From positions 434,001-498,000 of the forward strand of contig MU004181.1 in the NCBI GenBank assembly GCA_010093605.1: DNA of 64,000 bases, in the 5' to 3' direction. The translations under genes and the position numbers were made by a program. Within the stretch, counting starts at the first letter, position 1, and each line of letters begins with the position of its first letter. This document shows positions 63,074 to 64,000 of this stretch, piece by piece. The notes below the pieces were generated by a model, which saw only the letters and a program-made list of their open reading frames with translations, made no database searches and was not told the DNA's origin. Source of the stretch: Lophium mytilinum. Its lineage: Eukaryota.

Positions 63074-64000
63074 ATGGCGCACGACCAACAGAACGAGCAG
63101 GCTGCGTGGTTCGCCATTGCAGCAGTGCACCAGCAGACCGGCGCACATGCCCAAGCTCAGCTGCAAAGGATGCAACAAGTGGGGTTGCTGGAGAGTCTTG
63201 AGGTACGTTGAACTTTACCTCTACATTCCTAGGCCATAAATCTGGGCACTTGGACTCGCTACAGCCGGGCTCCAACTTGCTCATTTGACACCACTGTTGG
63301 GAGTAGCCTGGCTACTGAGTAGCCAATCCGTCAAAAGGCAGTCCAATGTGAAGTGCTTGAGCCTCGACACAGCCCTCGGATCTTCGAAGTCCTGATGGGG
63401 TACCCCAAGCAGTGGCGATCCAGTTTCAGCCCAATACCTATGCTTACCAGGTTTAGGCGGTTCTATACTTCGAGTCACCAACACAGATGATTGACCAACT
63501 GCGTTCGACGTCCGATCAATACCTTCAATGCGTCCGCAATATCTTCGTCGACAGATGGGATGAGCTTCTGGCTAGGGATGGCAAACGCAGAGCATTCTAC
63601 TTGACCCTTCTCCGCCTCTCGAACCTCAAGAACGTGTTCTTCATCGCCCTCACACCCCCCGCTCAGGAATACCTCGATTCACTCTTGCTGCAAAGAAATC
63701 CGCCTGCATGGGAACACCTGTCCTTCTTCACCGGTTACAATCGTACACGAATTAGGGCACTGGGCCGAGACGTCGAGAGGTCGTACAAAGGTAGCCTCCA
63801 CGACCCAGCCAACTTCAGGCTGGAGCCCTTCTGGAAGTACCGTCTGGCTGTCGACTGGATTCCACAGAGCGACCGCCATCCTCTCACCGACTGGCACAAT
63901 CAATGGACCACTGAGCATTCTCCTCGGCTCACGCAGTTGGTGAAGCAGTGGACGCAGGAAATTGAGATGAAGTGGATTCAGACCTTTCGGACGCTTCAGG
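63074..64000 (+). CDS. Hypothetical protein running off the window (exon 63074-63202, ~284-nt intron, exon 63487 onward)
   Basis: MAHDQQNEQ...LESLE followed by a GTACGT donor; the frame MIDQLRSTSDQYLQ... stays open from 63487 to the window end. Branch site is weak. Confidence 0.6.
63220..63435 (+). repeat. Dispersed ~200-bp hairpin-like element, copy 3, inside the predicted intron
   Basis: High similarity to 12310-12510; CCACTGTTGGG can pair with CCCAAGCAGTGG. Confidence 0.85.

Overview
This window is eukaryotic, filamentous-ascomycete DNA: it has short GT..CTRAC..AG introns, and its melanin-PKS1-like fragments suggest a Dothideomycete (inference). It reads as an accessory region, and I found no intact housekeeping gene. 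Four kinds of structure stand out. (1) Six small orphan genes plus one F-box-like gene are each followed on the 3' side by a degenerate tandem array (period about 105-172 bp); the otherwise dissimilar arrays share a core resembling CCGTYTGRRGTG on the gene's sense strand. (2) Mosaics of scrambled host-gene fragments, several retaining introns (glutamate synthase, Dib1/Dim1, melanin-type PKS KS and TE, a cytochrome P450), sit at about 15.2-15.4, 23.1-24.9 and 37.4-40 kb; the last is punctuated by a recurring TCGACCATAGCACCTAGA linker. (3) A 42-63 kb cluster holds about ten F-box-like (DUF7730/2EXR-style) genes; the five or six central ones are RING fusions or remnants, some broken by in-frame TAG codons or frameshifts. 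(4) There is a fold-back element at 29.2-30.0 kb and a ~200-bp hairpin-like element in three dispersed copies. All family assignments are by eye from remembered motifs; no searches were run.
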